Assembly (NCBI GenBank): GCA_042408215.1
Contig: JAYFMW010000006.1
Coordinates: forward strand, 32,001-96,000
Direction: 5' to 3'
Length of the DNA stretch: 64,000 bases
From: Microcoleus sp.
Lineage (GTDB): Bacteria; Cyanobacteriota; Cyanobacteriia; Cyanobacteriales; Microcoleaceae
Both the position numbers and the translations under genes were made by a program. The notes under the pieces were generated by a model. That model made no database searches, had not been told where the DNA came from, and saw only the letters and a list, made by a program, of their open reading frames with translations. This document shows positions 13,789 to 22,771 of the stretch, piece after piece (positions within the stretch are counted from its first letter, which is position 1; the number at the start of each line of letters is the position of its first letter).

Positions 13789-13975
13789 ATTCAGTTTACA
13801 GGAGTTGTATTTTCTCAAGTAAGATTTTTTACCGCAGAGGGCGCAGAGGGCGCAGAGGGAGGAAAGGGAAAGAAAAGAGAGACAAAAAGATGGCTATCAA
13901 ATATGACTCTCTTTTCTTCTGTCCCTCTGCTGGGACGAAAGTTGGTATATCAGCGAATAAAATTCGCTGATGATT

Positions 13976-14626
13976 CTAGTGAAAACTTGATTTGTGCGCG
14001 ATTAAACTCATGAATTCTTGACGAGTTCTAGAATCTTCAGCGAACACACCACGCATTGCTGAAGTCGCAGTCCAAGAACCTGGTTTTTGCACACCGCGCA
14101 TTACCATACACATATGAGTTGCTTCGATTACAACTGCTACACCTTGAGGTTTTAGCAATCCTTGAAGTGCATCCGCAATTTGTGCAGTTAAGCGTTCTTG
14201 TACTTGCAATCTGCGGCCGTACATTTCACAAATTCGAGCAATTTTTGACAAGCCAATTACTTTCCCGTTGGGGATGTAAGCAACGTGGGCGCGACCAATA
14301 ATTGGCAGGATGTGATGTTCGCAAGAACTGAAAATATCAATGTCCCGCACTAACACCATTTCGTTAGCATTTTCTGTGAATACTGCTCCGTTGAGCAGTT
14401 CGTCGAGAGATTGACGATAACCTCCAGTTAGAAACTGCAAGGCTTTGACAACTCGTTTCGGTGTATCTCGCAACCCTTCACGGTCTGGGTCTTCTCCCAA
14501 TCCTAGCAGCAATGTACGCACTGCTTGCCTCATTTCTTCATCTGATACAGGGGGGTGAGATTGCGTAGGAATCGATGACACTACACCATTTGGAGAAGTC
14601 AGTTCTGGGCGAGTAGATAAAGTCAT
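13976..14626 (-). CDS. folE: GTP cyclohydrolase I (type IA)
   Basis: [41 protein letters not shown]. Confidence 0.95.
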   Translation of the reverse strand: MTLSTRPELTSPNGVVSSIPTQSHPPVSDEEMRQAVRTLLLGLGEDPDREGLRDTPKRVVKALQFLTGGYRQSLDELLNGAVFTENANEMVLVRDIDIFSSCEHHILPIIGRAHVAYIPNGKVIGLSKIARICEMYGRRLQVQERLTAQIADALQGLLKPQGVAVVIEATHMCMVMRGVQKPGSWTATSAMRGVFAEDSRTRQEFMSLIAHKSSFH

Positions 14627-14869
14627 GCTTGCAGTTTGTGAAAATGTTTAACAGTGGCTATGGACTTTTATTTGCCATTTGATTATAACAAGATTTACAA
14701 AATAAAACATTAAAATAGTTTAGTTTTTTTTAAAAGATTTGATACCTAAAAATATGAAATTAACCGTTGGCAGTTACACTGTTTTTGCTGTCAAAAAGTG
14801 CAACTACTAACGGCGTAATTAAATCTAAAATATTTTAGCTATGAACGTGATACTGAGATTGACGCAATC

Positions 14870-15928
14870 TTAAACTAAACAATTGTTAAGTTGTTCTCGA
14901 ATTTGAGCGGTATCTAAGTTACGACCGATGACTACGAGTTGATTTTTAGGTGAAGTCAACCATTCGTAAGCATTTAGTTCATAGCGCGCGCCGCTGAGTT
15001 GAAAAATGTGTCTCATCGGACTGTCTTCAAACCAGAGAATGCCTTTTGCTCGAAATACATCGCAGGGCATTTCTTCGGTGAGAAATTCTTGGAATTTGTG
15101 GAGATCGAAAGGTCGATCGCTCTGAAATGATAGCGAAACAAATCCGTCATTATCTAAGTGATTGGAGTGATGTCCGTGATGATGTTCGTGTTCGTGATGC
15201 TCGTGATGGTGATGTTCGTGATGATGCTCGTGATGGTGATGTTCGTGTTTTTCCTCAGTTTCAAAACTATCGAAAAGATCGGCTTGCGTCAAACCCACAC
15301 CCAAAATTAAGGGTAAAGGAACTTCACCATGTTGAGAGTATAAAATTCTCGCTCCTTCCTTGACTGTGCGAATGTAAGCTTCTAATTCTTCTACTTTTTC
15401 TGAAGGAGCTAAATCAGTTTTGTTCAGCAGCACAATATCTGCGAATGCTACTTGTTTTAAAGCTGCTTCGCTGTCAAAATGATCGGTGGTGAATGTTTCG
15501 CTATCGACTACAGTGAGTACAGAATCTAGACTGGTTAAATCCCGCAATTCTGTGCCGAGAAATGTCAATATAATCGGCAGTGGATCGGCAACTCCCGTGG
15601 TTTCAATCACCATGCAGTCGATGCGGTCTTCCCGTTCTAAAACTCGGTATACTGCATCAACTAAGCCTTCGTTGATGGTACAACAAATACAGCCGTTGCT
15701 CAGCTCTACCATATCATCTTCGGTAGAAATTAAAAGCTGTGAATCGATGTTAATATCGCCAAATTCGTTAACTAAAACTGCTACTTTTAAATCTTGACGA
15801 TTTTTGAGGATTTGATTGAGTAAAGTCGTTTTTCCGCTGCCGAGAAAGCCGGTAATTATAGTTACTGGCATTCCTCTCTTGGGAAAATCGGAAACTAAAT
15901 CTGGGGTTTGTACAGTGAGATTAGTCAT
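14870..15928 (-). CDS. COG0523/CobW-family G3E GTPase zinc metallochaperone with His-rich insert
   Basis: GFLGSGKTT, NEFG, GCICC, ETTG, NKTD, poly-His/Glu stretch, CobW_C domain; start taken at MTNLT. Confidence 0.92.
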   Translation of the reverse strand: MTNLTVQTPDLVSDFPKRGMPVTIITGFLGSGKTTLLNQILKNRQDLKVAVLVNEFGDINIDSQLLISTEDDMVELSNGCICCTINEGLVDAVYRVLEREDRIDCMVIETTGVADPLPIILTFLGTELRDLTSLDSVLTVVDSETFTTDHFDSEAALKQVAFADIVLLNKTDLAPSEKVEELEAYIRTVKEGARILYSQHGEVPLPLILGVGLTQADLFDSFETEEKHEHHHHEHHHEHHHHEHHEHEHHHGHHSNHLDNDGFVSLSFQSDRPFDLHKFQEFLTEEMPCDVFRAKGILWFEDSPMRHIFQLSGARYELNAYEWLTSPKNQLVVIGRNLDTAQIREQLNNCLV

Positions 15929-16075
15929 TGTCCCTCGTTGATTAATTGTAGAAGCCCTGCTGTTAATTTGGAACGCCGCTAAGCATCCCAAGGCATTTTC
16001 CGTTAGCGCAGCCCTCGAAGAGGAGCGCACTTCATAGCTGAAACACAGGTAATACGGGCGATCGCACTCGGTTTG

Positions 16076-16092
16076 GATGATAATCATTCTCA
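16076..16092. promoter_or_regulatory. Zur/Fur-type box upstream of COG0523-folE-hisI
   Basis: GATGATAATCATTCTCA. Confidence 0.75.
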
Positions 16093-16197
16093 TAATATCC
16101 TAAGATGTGCTTTAAGCGCAAGCCCTAGAATTATTGCTCAGCTAGCTGATGACTCATAAACTCTTCACTGTCATCCCTTTTCCAGACAAATCCCATG

Positions 16198-16491
16198 TTA
16201 CAGACGCGAAGTTAAAACAATGTATTGAGGGCGAGTGCGATCGATAATTCCCTCTTCCTCTTGATCGGGTTGAACACCTGACAACGACTGACTGAGTACG
16301 TCCCCAATTCCCCAATATCCGAGGGTTATTGGTGTTCCCTGTTCGCTCCAAGTCAGGGTTCGGACGGTTCCCCGCTCAATTCGCAGTAAGCCGTTAAAGG
16401 GCATGGGTACCAACTGACGGCAGGTGAAAGTCTGCTGTCTGAGACTGGGGTACAAGGCTGGAGTGTAGGTGGAAAAAGTCATAGGATTCAC
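16198..16491 (-). pseudogene. Internally deleted (in-frame) duplicate of the Crp regulator, lacking the HTH
   Basis: Matches 3931-4521 at both termini; SGVQP joined via DQ to EEEGIIDRTRPQY. Confidence 0.8.
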
Positions 16492-16569
16492 CGCTACTTT
16501 GGATACAACGTACAGTTTAAGCTAATTGATAATCTATGTTAACTAGCTGAATAAATTCCCATTCGGGAG

Positions 16570-17301
16570 TCAAGAAGGTTGAAACCCTTTGCGCGTGCTG
16601 TAAGAGACGTTTCGGAACTTCACGGTATCTGTATCTGGGTCGTAGAGAGTATAAGTTGCTTGTCCGCTGAGCCGACCCACATTCCCCACTCCGATCGCCC
16701 TCCGTGCTGTTGCAGACACGGTTGCAGGCGGCTCTTGAGAGTCCAGAGTTTGCACCCAGTTATTGATAATAGTGGGCTGTAATTGATACTCAAATGCTAA
16801 GCCCGATCGCCCGCAAAACAAAGTATTAGCATCAGCGCGAATCACGCGATCGAGCATCACAGGCGGCGGAGTCTCCGGGGTAAGCTCATCAGACGCGCTA
16901 ACCGTACTCCCATGAATCAACAAACAATCCAATTCATGAAAACCAAAATTCAAAGAGCGCAACCACTCTACAGTTTTCCGGCTAACGGAATCCCAGAGCA
17001 ACTTAATCGTATCTGCGCCGTATTTTTCTCGCAATTCTGTCGCATCTGGGCTAGCTCCTATTCCGTGTAAGTTAAAACACTGTTCTTCCCACCAACCGAT
17101 ACAGATTTGTGGTTCGATTTCTCCTCGTTTGGGCGATCGGACTCGCTGAACTAATTTTTCGCATTCGGGATTCGGGCCGACTAAATCGCCCAATATATAC
17201 AATTCGTCAACGCGACTTCTCAGGCGCTTTATGTCAGCTAGTACAGCTTCGTAAGCAGCCAGATTTCCTTCGATTCCACTTATTATTGCCCAGTTTTTCA
17301 T
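16570..17301 (-). CDS. Metallophosphoesterase-fold protein with degenerate active site
   Basis: ISGIEGN, GDLVG, IGWWEE, IHGS, FCGRSG in place of DxH/GD/GNHD/HG/GHxH. Confidence 0.8.
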   Translation of the reverse strand: MKNWAIISGIEGNLAAYEAVLADIKRLRSRVDELYILGDLVGPNPECEKLVQRVRSPKRGEIEPQICIGWWEEQCFNLHGIGASPDATELREKYGADTIKLLWDSVSRKTVEWLRSLNFGFHELDCLLIHGSTVSASDELTPETPPPVMLDRVIRADANTLFCGRSGLAFEYQLQPTIINNWVQTLDSQEPPATVSATARRAIGVGNVGRLSGQATYTLYDPDTDTVKFRNVSYSTRKGFQPS

Positions 17302-17578
17302 ATTTGTTAAGTGTTAGTAATGCTAAAGTTCAGAGTTTGTTTTGAACGGATATCTTACACCAAGATCAAAAAATTGTAGGGGCGGGTTCACCAACAATAA
17401 TCGCCAAAAACCAATAATCTGATAAACCCGCCCCACCCAACAGTAAATCGCAATCTACCTCTTTAATGAACTAATCTCAAGTTTTGGCGATTGCTTCGTT
17501 CCTCGCAATGACTAATGACCCTTCGACTACGCTCAGGGCACCGCTAATGACTAATGACTGCAAACTAATGACTAATGA

Positions 17579-18394
17579 CTACCTCTCGCAAACATGAGTC
17601 GGATCGTCGGCTCTTTCGGCATATTCTAAACCTCTAGCCAAACGCCATGCAAAAATCGGCGGCAAACCTTTTTCAATAATTGCAGCGCAAGTTGCTTGAT
17701 AGTCATATTCCACTTCTCGCAATGTCACTTGTTGCGCGTCAACATCGTAAATCACGTAGGTAGCATTCGGTCTCCCGTGGCGCGGTTCTCCTACGGAACC
17801 CACATTCACAATCCGTTTTAAGGGAGCGGTAAAACTTAAATCTTTGTCTCCTTCAATGCTTGGCCCGCTGACTCGCACCTGCATATTTCCAGCGTCTAAG
17901 GTGCGGACGTAGGGTACGTGGGTGTGACCGCAAAACAGCAGGTCAGCACCGGCAGAAAATACTCGTTCTAAGGCATAAAAAGCATCCATTGTTGGTAGTA
18001 AATATTCATGGTTGCTGTGAGGACTACCGTGAACGAAACACATATTGTCTTCTCGCAAACTCTGTGGCAATTTGGCTAAATATTCCCGCGTTTCTGGGAA
18101 GATTTGATTGTTAGTCCATTCGTGGGCTAATTTGCCTCTTTTTTCTGCTAAAACTGAGGGATAGCTGCATTCGCAGGAGTTCAAACCTTCGACAATATCT
18201 TCGTCCCAGCAGCCGACGCAAGTGGGAATATCGAGGGAGCGAATCATTTCTACTACGGCGTGGGGATTGGGCCCATAACCGACTAAATCTCCGAGACAAA
18301 AGATTTTTTCGGCTTGTTGTTGGTCAATGTCTGATAAAACTGCATTTAAGGCTTCGTAGTTGCCGTGAATGCAGGACATAACTGCTATTTTCAT
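17579..18394 (-). CDS. Metallophosphoesterase-family protein (YfcE-like) with Cys-substituted motifs
   Basis: MSCIHGN, GDLVGYG, VGCWDE, HGSP, CGHTH, NVGSVG; start taken at MKIAV. Confidence 0.85.
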   Translation of the reverse strand: MKIAVMSCIHGNYEALNAVLSDIDQQQAEKIFCLGDLVGYGPNPHAVVEMIRSLDIPTCVGCWDEDIVEGLNSCECSYPSVLAEKRGKLAHEWTNNQIFPETREYLAKLPQSLREDNMCFVHGSPHSNHEYLLPTMDAFYALERVFSAGADLLFCGHTHVPYVRTLDAGNMQVRVSGPSIEGDKDLSFTAPLKRIVNVGSVGEPRHGRPNATYVIYDVDAQQVTLREVEYDYQATCAAIIEKGLPPIFAWRLARGLEYAERADDPTHVCER

Positions 18395-18399
18395 TCTGT

Positions 18400-19167
18400 T
18401 TATTCTGCTGATAAAAGTGCTTGTTTGACTTGTTGTTGGTAATTCAACATGATTGTTTCTGACAGACAGCAATCTTCTAGGGTTTCTCCTAATGCTGTTT
18501 CATCGAGATTTTCGCCGACTATTTCTATCCCGCTAAATCTTTGGGGGCGGCCTTCGAGCCAGCGGGGAAGTGGCAATTCTTCGTGGGCCGTTTCTTTGAA
18601 TTCCGCAGCGAAATCGAAGTAGAACGATCGCCCGTCGGCTATGTCAAAAATGCCTTTGGCTCGGTGGATTTTGCCGTAGGCTCCTTGGGTCATTTCTTGG
18701 TACCAAAACAGATCTAGGCTGGCGGGATCGAGGACTTGTCCTCTGGTGGGGCTGCGCCAAATTGATAGTTTTTCTAGTTCCCCGCTAACGGCTATTCCTT
18801 CGACAATGACATCACCCCACTGATGCCATTCGGTGTTTTTGATGTCTGCGGGTACAACAGCAATCCGACGGCTGGGGAAGCTTTGGATCAGGTTTTCTAG
18901 TGTTGTCAGTTTCAGGTGAAATCCTAGTTCGATGTAGGCTGAAACGCCGTTTTCTAGGTGTTTCGCGAGATCGGACTCTTCGCCGTCTCTCAGGGTTTTG
19001 ATTTGGGGGAATTCGGCAGCGATGCAGGTTTGGTCGATCGGCACATTGCCGGTTCCAGGGCAGAAATACAGTACGGGTGTTGTCTCTGTTGCTAGCTGCT
19101 GTCGAATCCAGGTGGTTTTGCCACTTCCGGGCGGGCCCGCTACGGCGGTGATTATAGGTTGACTCAT
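18400..19167 (-). CDS. Atypical COG0523/G3E-like P-loop protein with CobW C-terminal-like domain
   Basis: GPPGSGKTT Walker A; C-terminal GAYGKIHRAKGIFD; no CxCC. Confidence 0.72.
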   Translation of the reverse strand: MSQPIITAVAGPPGSGKTTWIRQQLATETTPVLYFCPGTGNVPIDQTCIAAEFPQIKTLRDGEESDLAKHLENGVSAYIELGFHLKLTTLENLIQSFPSRRIAVVPADIKNTEWHQWGDVIVEGIAVSGELEKLSIWRSPTRGQVLDPASLDLFWYQEMTQGAYGKIHRAKGIFDIADGRSFYFDFAAEFKETAHEELPLPRWLEGRPQRFSGIEIVGENLDETALGETLEDCCLSETIMLNYQQQVKQALLSAE

Positions 19168-19173
19168 AAATTT

Positions 19174-19190
19174 AATGATAATCGTTCTCA
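19174..19190. promoter_or_regulatory. Zur/Fur-type box directly upstream of the P-loop/metallophosphoesterase operon
   Basis: AATGATAATCGTTCTCA, a few bp from the ATG at 19167. Confidence 0.72.
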
Positions 19191-19372
19191 GTGTAAAGTG
19201 AGCTCTTAGATATTTGGATTTAATTGGGCGATCGCGCCCGATGCCCGCGTAGCGAGAGTTTCAAGCTCTTGTGGGGTGGGCTTCGGGCCCGCCCAAGCCT
19301 TACTTACCAACTCTTGTGATTAGCATCACAAACTTTCATGCGTCAAGTCACTGTAATATAAGTTAACACTCT

Positions 19373-19390
19373 GTTACATTAGTTTACATA
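19373..19390 (+). promoter_or_regulatory. HLR1 (RpaB-binding) element upstream of hli
   Basis: GTTACATT-AG-TTTACATA fits (G/T)TTACA(T/A)(T/A)-N2 direct repeat. Confidence 0.8.
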
Positions 19391-19414
19391 AAGCAACAAA
19401 ACAAGGAAAAGCAC

Positions 19415-19633
19415 ATGACTTCACGTAACCTGATGGTAGATGACCAAGGCCTGCTCAACAACTTCGCAGTTGAACCCACGATGTATGTAGACGCTAACGT
19501 CAGCACCGGTTTCACCAAGTACGCCGAGAAAGTTAACGGACGTTTTGCGATGATCGGATTTGTTTCTTTGCTCGCAACGGAAATTTTGACCGGACAAAGC
19601 TTGATCGGCTTCATCAAAGATATTTTAGGCTAG
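19415..19633 (+). CDS. hli: High-light-inducible protein (HliA/B type)
   Basis: AEKVNGRFAMIG Chl-binding helix; N-terminal GLLNNFAVEP motif. Confidence 0.9.
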   Translation: MTSRNLMVDDQGLLNNFAVEPTMYVDANVSTGFTKYAEKVNGRFAMIGFVSLLATEILTGQSLIGFIKDILG

Positions 19634-19827
19634 GTTATTGTATTGGAATTAGCTCAGACTGACACAAAGAAACCCGGTTCCTGTGAAAAATCCTGCCTTC
19701 AGTGATACAGACTTGTACATTAACCGGGTTTCCGATTCCCCGCAACAATTTTTAAAACACTTTTGAAATAATCACGATTTTAGAACAACGATAAACCCTC
19801 AGCAATTGCTGGGGTTTATTCATTTTA

Positions 19828-19933
19828 GGACTTACGATGGGGGCTCAGAAACCGGGTTTTTACCGAATCTGTGGGCTGCCACGAAGTATTTTAGTAAAAA
19901 CCCGGTTTCTTTGGTCGCAGTGCGTCCAGGACT
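19828..19933. repeat. Dispersed palindromic MITE/REP family (AGGACTTACGCA-type ends; GAAACCGGGTTTTT...AAAAACCCGGTTTC core); other copies near 7570-7670, 25915-26075, 28545-28655, 37722-37830, 52865-54672
   Basis: Recurrent nested inverted repeats in intergenic spacers. Confidence 0.7.
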
Positions 19934-19937
19934 GCTT

Positions 19938-20576
19938 TTATATCATCAGCTTATTTATCAGCTCATTCACCTTCCTAAGTTCTTGAATAATTTGCTCTAC
20001 TCTCCGCAGTTCAGTTGCAGGATCTGGCACTTGAATAGTGGGAGATGTAGATGAAGAATGAGCCACAACACCTCGTTCTTCCCCAAAGGTATTCATCGTG
20101 GCCAGCCAAGCAGGATCTAAATCATCTGTATCTATTCCTATTGGCAAAAGCAACGCCAGAATATTAGCTTCTTTGATGCCATGATTCTGCTTAATGATTC
20201 GGTTAAAACTCTCAATAGCTGAATCTATTTTTTTGTTAATTTTTATTTTTCCATCCGGGATTTTTTTACTTCCCTTCGTTGGACTCAGTGTATCTGGCGG
20301 TACTTCCATCATTTGACCGGAGAAGGCAAGCAGGCAGATTAAAGTACGGCAAGTCTTACCCTGACTATCCCAATGATTTTTAGCATTAAGGACTACTTCC
20401 CAAACTCTATCCTCAAAATAAGCCTCAATTTCAGCATGAACTAAAACTCTGTAGGCAAGAGTGAGGGCCAACTGTCGATCGGAATATGAACCTATAGGGT
20501 TAATTTTAGGAAGAAATTGTTTTTTTAACCTATTTAACTCCTTGGTTAGTATCCGAAATCTAACGGATTTTGGCAT
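19938..20576 (-). CDS. HEPN-domain protein (RiboL-PSP/MAE_28990-like), putative RNase
   Basis: HAEIEAYFE N-terminal motif and RGVVAH (Rx4H). Confidence 0.72.
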   Translation of the reverse strand: MPKSVRFRILTKELNRLKKQFLPKINPIGSYSDRQLALTLAYRVLVHAEIEAYFEDRVWEVVLNAKNHWDSQGKTCRTLICLLAFSGQMMEVPPDTLSPTKGSKKIPDGKIKINKKIDSAIESFNRIIKQNHGIKEANILALLLPIGIDTDDLDPAWLATMNTFGEERGVVAHSSSTSPTIQVPDPATELRRVEQIIQELRKVNELINKLMI

Positions 20577-20589
20577 GGCTATTAATAAC

Positions 20590-21837
20590 TTACCTCAAAC
20601 CGTTAAAGATAATACGGTTATCTACGAGTTCAGGTACATTAAACTCTACATCCAAAACCTTTAACAAAGCTTGGCCCCATAGTGAGAGACGAGTATGAGT
20701 TTCACGAATGCTAGTTGTTCTTTTCTCAACCGCTTCTCTGAATTCGCTATTAGATGATGAACATAACTCTTTAAAAGCATTGGCCACGCCCGTCAGATTC
20801 TGCTCAGCAGCTTGTCTAATAACTGGGTCTGAAAAATAAAAAACCATTACATCTAAAATAGCTCGATTAGACTTGCTTCGGTAAGCATTAGAACTGCTCA
20901 ACCACAGGCGAAATATATTTTCTTCTCCAAATATTCTACTGGTTGTTTGCACTGCATTCTCAAATTGGCTAACTGTATCTCCGATTTCAATTTCTCGCTC
21001 TTCCCAATCACTGTTGAGTTTTTCGCAGGTCATATCTAGGAATCTTTTAAGATTGCCGCGATAATCGGATAAAAAATGATGGAATGCTACATACCGCAGT
21101 AATAATTCGACATCGCGCATCCGAGAATCGGGATTTTTGGATTTGAGTATTTTTCTTAAAGCCTGATTTTTAATTGATTCGTCATCTAAAAAATTGATGA
21201 AATCACCGGGATGCAATGCTTGTCTCAGTTCTTGTGGAGATAGTGGAGTATTTTCTACATTAAGACGTAGAAAAATTTTGTAGAGTAAACTTTCTGTACG
21301 CCAATTCCGAATCAATGTAGTACGAAGAGTTTGATTGTCGAGTGCATCAAGTACAGAACTCAGGAGAATATCGTTTTTTATGTCCTGATGGGTACAACCA
21401 TTGAGTTCTGGTCTAAATTCTAAGTTTTTTAAAGCAAAACTATCGTTAGGAGTTTCGCTCCTGCCATAAAATTGCAGGATCGTAAGTAAGCGTTGCTTGC
21501 CGTCAAGAACTACAAATTTACCGCGTTTTTTTGCTGGGGAAGCTAACACTATTTCTGGAATAGGAAATCCCAGAAAAATTGATTCGATAAATCTACTTTT
21601 GCGAGTTATATCCCAGGCATCTCTTCTTTGAAATCTGGGATTTAGTTGAATATTTTCACGGATAAGTTGATCGAGTATGGTGGCTGTTGTCCAGTCAGTT
21701 CCAGCTACAAGAATATTTGAAATTTCCTTTAATGCTGATTGTTGCTTTTCCTTAGATTCAAGTTCATCATCTAGATCTTCATGTTCTTCATCAAAGCTTA
21801 CTTCTTCTGGTTTTTCCAAGAGTTTTAGTTCAGGCAT
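20590..21837 (-). CDS. DUF262 (ParB/Srx-like, GmrS-type) domain protein
   Basis: PRFQRRDAW, FIESIFLGFPIP, LDGKQRL, IFLRLN...LSPQE. Confidence 0.88.
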   Translation of the reverse strand: MPELKLLEKPEEVSFDEEHEDLDDELESKEKQQSALKEISNILVAGTDWTTATILDQLIRENIQLNPRFQRRDAWDITRKSRFIESIFLGFPIPEIVLASPAKKRGKFVVLDGKQRLLTILQFYGRSETPNDSFALKNLEFRPELNGCTHQDIKNDILLSSVLDALDNQTLRTTLIRNWRTESLLYKIFLRLNVENTPLSPQELRQALHPGDFINFLDDESIKNQALRKILKSKNPDSRMRDVELLLRYVAFHHFLSDYRGNLKRFLDMTCEKLNSDWEEREIEIGDTVSQFENAVQTTSRIFGEENIFRLWLSSSNAYRSKSNRAILDVMVFYFSDPVIRQAAEQNLTGVANAFKELCSSSNSEFREAVEKRTTSIRETHTRLSLWGQALLKVLDVEFNVPELVDNRIIFNGLR

Positions 21838-22041
21838 GACTTCGCTCTACTGGGTGAGTTTAGTCTGGATAGACTATGTATTTCCTAAGTATATTCGATC
21901 GCCACAGCCTGGAGGCAAGATTATTTGCGAAATTTACACTAAAATTTATGACAAAATCATGATAATTATAGAGCCGATCGCGATCGCAGGAAAACTCATG
22001 TACGCTATCCTGTGATTGTACCCATCTCAAGCATTAATACC

Positions 22042-22536
22042 ATGTCTGGCGATCGCCTGCAAAAAATTGTTGACAGCTTGACAGTTCGTCTCAAGCGCGA
22101 TGTATTAGTAGAAAAATCCCTATCCGAGATTCGAGAAGTCTTGCAGAGCGATCGCGCCGTACTGTATTATTTTTACAGGCACTGGCAGGGTCAAGTTACC
22201 TGCGAGATGTTAAGTGCGATCGAACTGTCAATTTTGGGTTCCACCGGGGCTGACGAGTGTTTTAACGGCGAATACGCTGCTTTGTACGAAGCAGGCCGAG
22301 TCAGAGCAATTGCAGATATTGAAGTAGAACCAATTCACGAATGTCACCGAGATTTTCTGCGTAGCATGAAGGTACGCGCTAATTTAGCAGTGCCAATTTT
22401 AACGGCGAAGGGACTTTGGGGGCTGTTAATTGCTCATCAGTGCAGTGGGCCCCGTACTTGGTTGCGATCGGAGATTGAATTTATGGAGAAACAAGCACAA
22501 AATATGGCAATTTCCCCCGCAATTCAAGATAGTTAA
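22042..22536 (+). CDS. Stand-alone GAF protein, DXCF-type cyanobacteriochrome
   Basis: DRAVLY, DECF, ECHRDFL, VRANLAVPI, LWGLLIAHQC; start taken at MSGD. Confidence 0.78.
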   Translation: MSGDRLQKIVDSLTVRLKRDVLVEKSLSEIREVLQSDRAVLYYFYRHWQGQVTCEMLSAIELSILGSTGADECFNGEYAALYEAGRVRAIADIEVEPIHECHRDFLRSMKVRANLAVPILTAKGLWGLLIAHQCSGPRTWLRSEIEFMEKQAQNMAISPAIQDS

Positions 22537-22554
22537 GTATTTGAATTAGGCTAA

Positions 22555-22758
22555 CTGAAAAGCGATATTTGTAGGGAAACGGCAATGCCGTGTCCGGCGC
22601 GGGGAGTAGGACATGGCAATGCCTGAAAAGCGATATTTGTAGGGAAACGGCAATGCCGTGTCCGGCGCGGGGAGTAGGACATGGCAATGCCTGAAAAGCG
22701 ATATTTGTAGGGAAACGGCAATGCCGTGTCCGGCGCGGGGAGTAGGACAAGGCAATGC
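22555..22758. repeat. Three tandem copies of a 68-bp REP-containing unit
   Basis: CTGAAAAGCGATATTTGTAGGGAAACGGCAATGCCGTG... at 22555, 22623, 22691. Confidence 0.9.
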
Positions 22759-22771
22759 GGTGTCCCTAGGG

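Noticed and set aside
22555..22758. CRISPR array or short repeat-encoded ORFs
   Set aside because: No variable spacers; ORFs are translations of the repeat
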